From contig DASCPX010000016.1 of the NCBI GenBank assembly GCA_036012755.1, positions 32,001-96,000 of the forward strand: 64,000 nucleotides of DNA, read 5' to 3'. Shown here in pieces: positions 60,855 to 64,000 of the stretch. Under the pieces are notes generated by a model. It did not search any database. It was not told the DNA's origin and saw only the letters and a list, made by a program, of their open reading frames with translations. The number at the start of each line of letters is the position of its first letter. Within the stretch, counting starts at the first letter, position 1. The translations under genes were made by a program, and so were the position numbers. This stretch comes from Myxococcota bacterium (GTDB taxonomy: Bacteria; Myxococcota_A; UBA796; CAJQPC01).

Positions 60855-61792
60855 CGGGACAGCCCCCGGTTCGAGGTCCGCGCCAGCGCCGCGGCGAGGT
60901 TGGTCACGAGCTTGGCGGCCCCGTTCTCCTGTGACAGCCGGGGCACGTCGATCACGCGAACGCCGACCTCCTCCTCCAGGCGACCCATGGTCCGCCCGGT
61001 GGCCTCCTCGAGGGCAGCCTCCCAGCGTCCTGCGAGGAGCAGCTCTCCCTCGTCACCCTCGTCGTAGCGAGTGGACAGCCGCTCCAGCAGGACCCGCTCG
61101 TCGGACGACAGGGAAGGGCGCGAGGCGCGGTTGAGCACCACCAAGGGCACGCTGAGCTCCGGGACGTGCTTACCCAGGGTGTTGAAGGTCTCGACGGTCT
61201 CGTTGACCACCATCTCCTCGGGCAGCGCCACCAGCACGAGGTGGGTGTCCGGACGCTTCAACATCGCCAGCGACTCGGTGCTGCGCACGTGCAGCGGGCC
61301 GACCCGAAACAGCGACAGGGTGCGGCTCGGCGAGCGCATCAGCGCCGCGGCGTGACCGGAAGCGGGCAGGTCGACGATGAGGAGGTCGTAGTCCTCGCGC
61401 AGCCAGACGAGCTTCGAGAGGGTGACGACCTCTCGGTTGCCAGGGGTGGCGTCGAGGAAGAGCCGAACCAGCCGGTTCGCCAGGATCATGTCGACGATGC
61501 GAGTGCTCGGTACCACCCGCTCGATCCACTCGTGCATCGCCTCGTACCAGGTGACGTTGCAGATCGACAGGTTCGCAGCGACCTGCACCGGCCGGTACCC
61601 GACCTCTGCCCCGAAGAGCGGAGCCAGCGCCGAGCGCTGCGCGTCCGCCTCGACGATGAGGACCTTGCGTCCCTGGGCAGCGGCCAGGCGCCCCAGGGCA
61701 GCGGAGACCGAGGTCTTGCCGACACCGCCCTTGCCCGTGACGAGCACGACCCGTCCGAAGACGAGGTCGGCGATGTCGAAGCCGTTCACCAT
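60851..61792 (-). CDS. ArsA/GET3-family ATPase (second paralog)
   Basis: TGKGGVGKT, DLPASGH, LPEEM.VNET and VLNR motifs; start overlaps the fabH stop. Confidence 0.88.
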   Translation of the reverse strand: MVNGFDIADLVFGRVVLVTGKGGVGKTSVSAALGRLAAAQGRKVLIVEADAQRSALAPLFGAEVGYRPVQVAANLSICNVTWYEAMHEWIERVVPSTRIVDMILANRLVRLFLDATPGNREVVTLSKLVWLREDYDLLIVDLPASGHAAALMRSPSRTLSLFRVGPLHVRSTESLAMLKRPDTHLVLVALPEEMVVNETVETFNTLGKHVPELSVPLVVLNRASRPSLSSDERVLLERLSTRYDEGDEGELLLAGRWEAALEEATGRTMGRLEEEVGVRVIDVPRLSQENGAAKLVTNLAAALARTSNRGLSR

Positions 61793-62778
61793 CGCAGCAG
61801 GGTGGCTCCCCAGGTCATGCCGGCGCCGAGGGCGGCCAGACAGACGAGGTCCCCGTCCCTGACGCGCCCCTGCTGGACCGCCTCGTGCAGGGCGATCGGA
61901 ATGCTCGCGGCGGTGGTGTTGCCATAGCGCTGGATGTTGTGGAACACCCGCGCGGGATCGAGCTCCATCCGCCTGCAGACGGCCTCGTTGATCCGCAGGT
62001 TGGCCTGGTGGGGGACCAGCAGATCGAGCTCGTCGAGGCGCACCTCGTGGGTCTCCAGCAGGGAGAGGATGACCTCGGGCAAGAGCCGCACGGCCATCTT
62101 GAAGACCGCGCGCCCCTCCATGTGCGGGAAGTGCAGTCCCTCGCTGAGCATCTCGTGGGTGAGCCGTGGGTTCCGTCGGCTCGCTGGGGCCTCCAGCTTC
62201 AGGATCTCCACGTAGGCGCCGTCCGCGTGCAGCTCGTGTCCCAGGATGCGGCGATCGCCGTCTGTGGGGCCGACGACGGCGGCTCCGGCCCCGTCGCCGA
62301 AGATGACGGTCACGTCCCGGCCTCGGTCGCTCATCTCGAGACCGCTGGAGTGCACCTCCGAGCCGACGACGAGCACGTGCCGGGCGAGGCCCGAGCGTAT
62401 GTGGGCGTCGGCGATCTGCAGACCGTAGAGGAAGCCCGTGCACTGGGTCCGGATGTCCAGCGCCGGGACGCCGTTGAGACCCAGCCGGTCCTGCAACAAG
62501 CAGCCCGAGCCTGGGAAGAAGACGTCCGGAGAGAGCGTGGCGAAGATGATGAGGTCGACCTCTGAGCACGGCAGGCCAGCCTCGGCCAGGGCCTCCTCCA
62601 CCGCGGGCACGGCGAGCTCGGCCGGGCCGACATCGCCCTCGACCCAGCGGCGCTCGACGATGCCCGTGCGTTTCTGGATCCACTCGTCGGTGGTCGACAG
62701 GAACACAGCGAGATCGTCGTTGGTGACGACCCGATCGGGCACGTGGTGCCCCAAACCCAGGATCCGAGAGCCCAGCAT
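61786..62778 (-). CDS. fabH: 3-oxoacyl-ACP synthase III
   Basis: DEWIQKRTGI, QCTGF, FGDGAGA, PHQANLRI and YGNTTAASIP motifs. Confidence 0.93.
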   Translation of the reverse strand: MLGSRILGLGHHVPDRVVTNDDLAVFLSTTDEWIQKRTGIVERRWVEGDVGPAELAVPAVEEALAEAGLPCSEVDLIIFATLSPDVFFPGSGCLLQDRLGLNGVPALDIRTQCTGFLYGLQIADAHIRSGLARHVLVVGSEVHSSGLEMSDRGRDVTVIFGDGAGAAVVGPTDGDRRILGHELHADGAYVEILKLEAPASRRNPRLTHEMLSEGLHFPHMEGRAVFKMAVRLLPEVILSLLETHEVRLDELDLLVPHQANLRINEAVCRRMELDPARVFHNIQRYGNTTAASIPIALHEAVQQGRVRDGDLVCLAALGAGMTWGATLLRW

Positions 62779-62981
62779 GGGCTAATTCTCTCCGGCGTGA
62801 GTTCCGACGCAGCCGGGGCTGCGACGGGGTGAACGACGGCACGCGCAGCGGGCCGCCGGGGGGAGGGCCGTAGGCCCGGGGGGCAGGGCCCCCCTGAAAG
62901 GAAACGAGTGCCCCAGCGCCGCGCCGCGGCGCGCGCCGGCGGCGCAGGTGGAAGGCGCATCGCGACTTCTGCCGAGGGGCA

Positions 62982-64000
<1,019 letters not shown>

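Noticed and set aside
59715..61792. Arsenic resistance operon
   Set aside because: No arsB/acr3/arsC/arsR in the window; the context is fabH

Overview
This is a high-GC, densely coding bacterial chromosomal window. The gene content is consistent with a Myxococcota-like lineage, which is an inference from MopE-like Cys/Asp motifs, TSP3-OmpA, DUF2330, FGE-like and PilA-like proteins. Housekeeping genes include htpG, hisS, psd, mutS2, a MutT-type Nudix, ogt, fabH and the 3' part of gyrB. These are interleaved with many predicted envelope and lipoprotein genes. I saw no rRNA, tRNA, CRISPR array or transposase. Four patterns stand out. (1) About 18 predicted lipoproteins start with ultra-short, non-basic signals such as MILLLAC or MFWLAC, with the Cys at residue 6-12, and several Sec-type proteins have similarly minimal signals. 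(2) An apparently co-transcribed exported cluster at 51.6-58.3 kb is centred on a lipoprotein carrying a domain-permuted PEP-synthase-like dikinase (His motif before the ATP-grasp domain). (3) Several genes have internal deletions joined at short repeats, concentrated at 30.3-31.45 kb and also at about 21.17 and 51.6 kb. There are also homopolymer frameshifts and one in-frame stop, so these may be real decay or assembly errors. (4) TANNNT hexamers recur 6-8 nt before start codons, suggesting leaderless genes. A MenAT1-like toxin-antitoxin pair, a tandem ArsA/GET3 pair beside fabH and a vanX/vanW-like pair are also present. All calls come from reading motifs by eye; no database searches were run.
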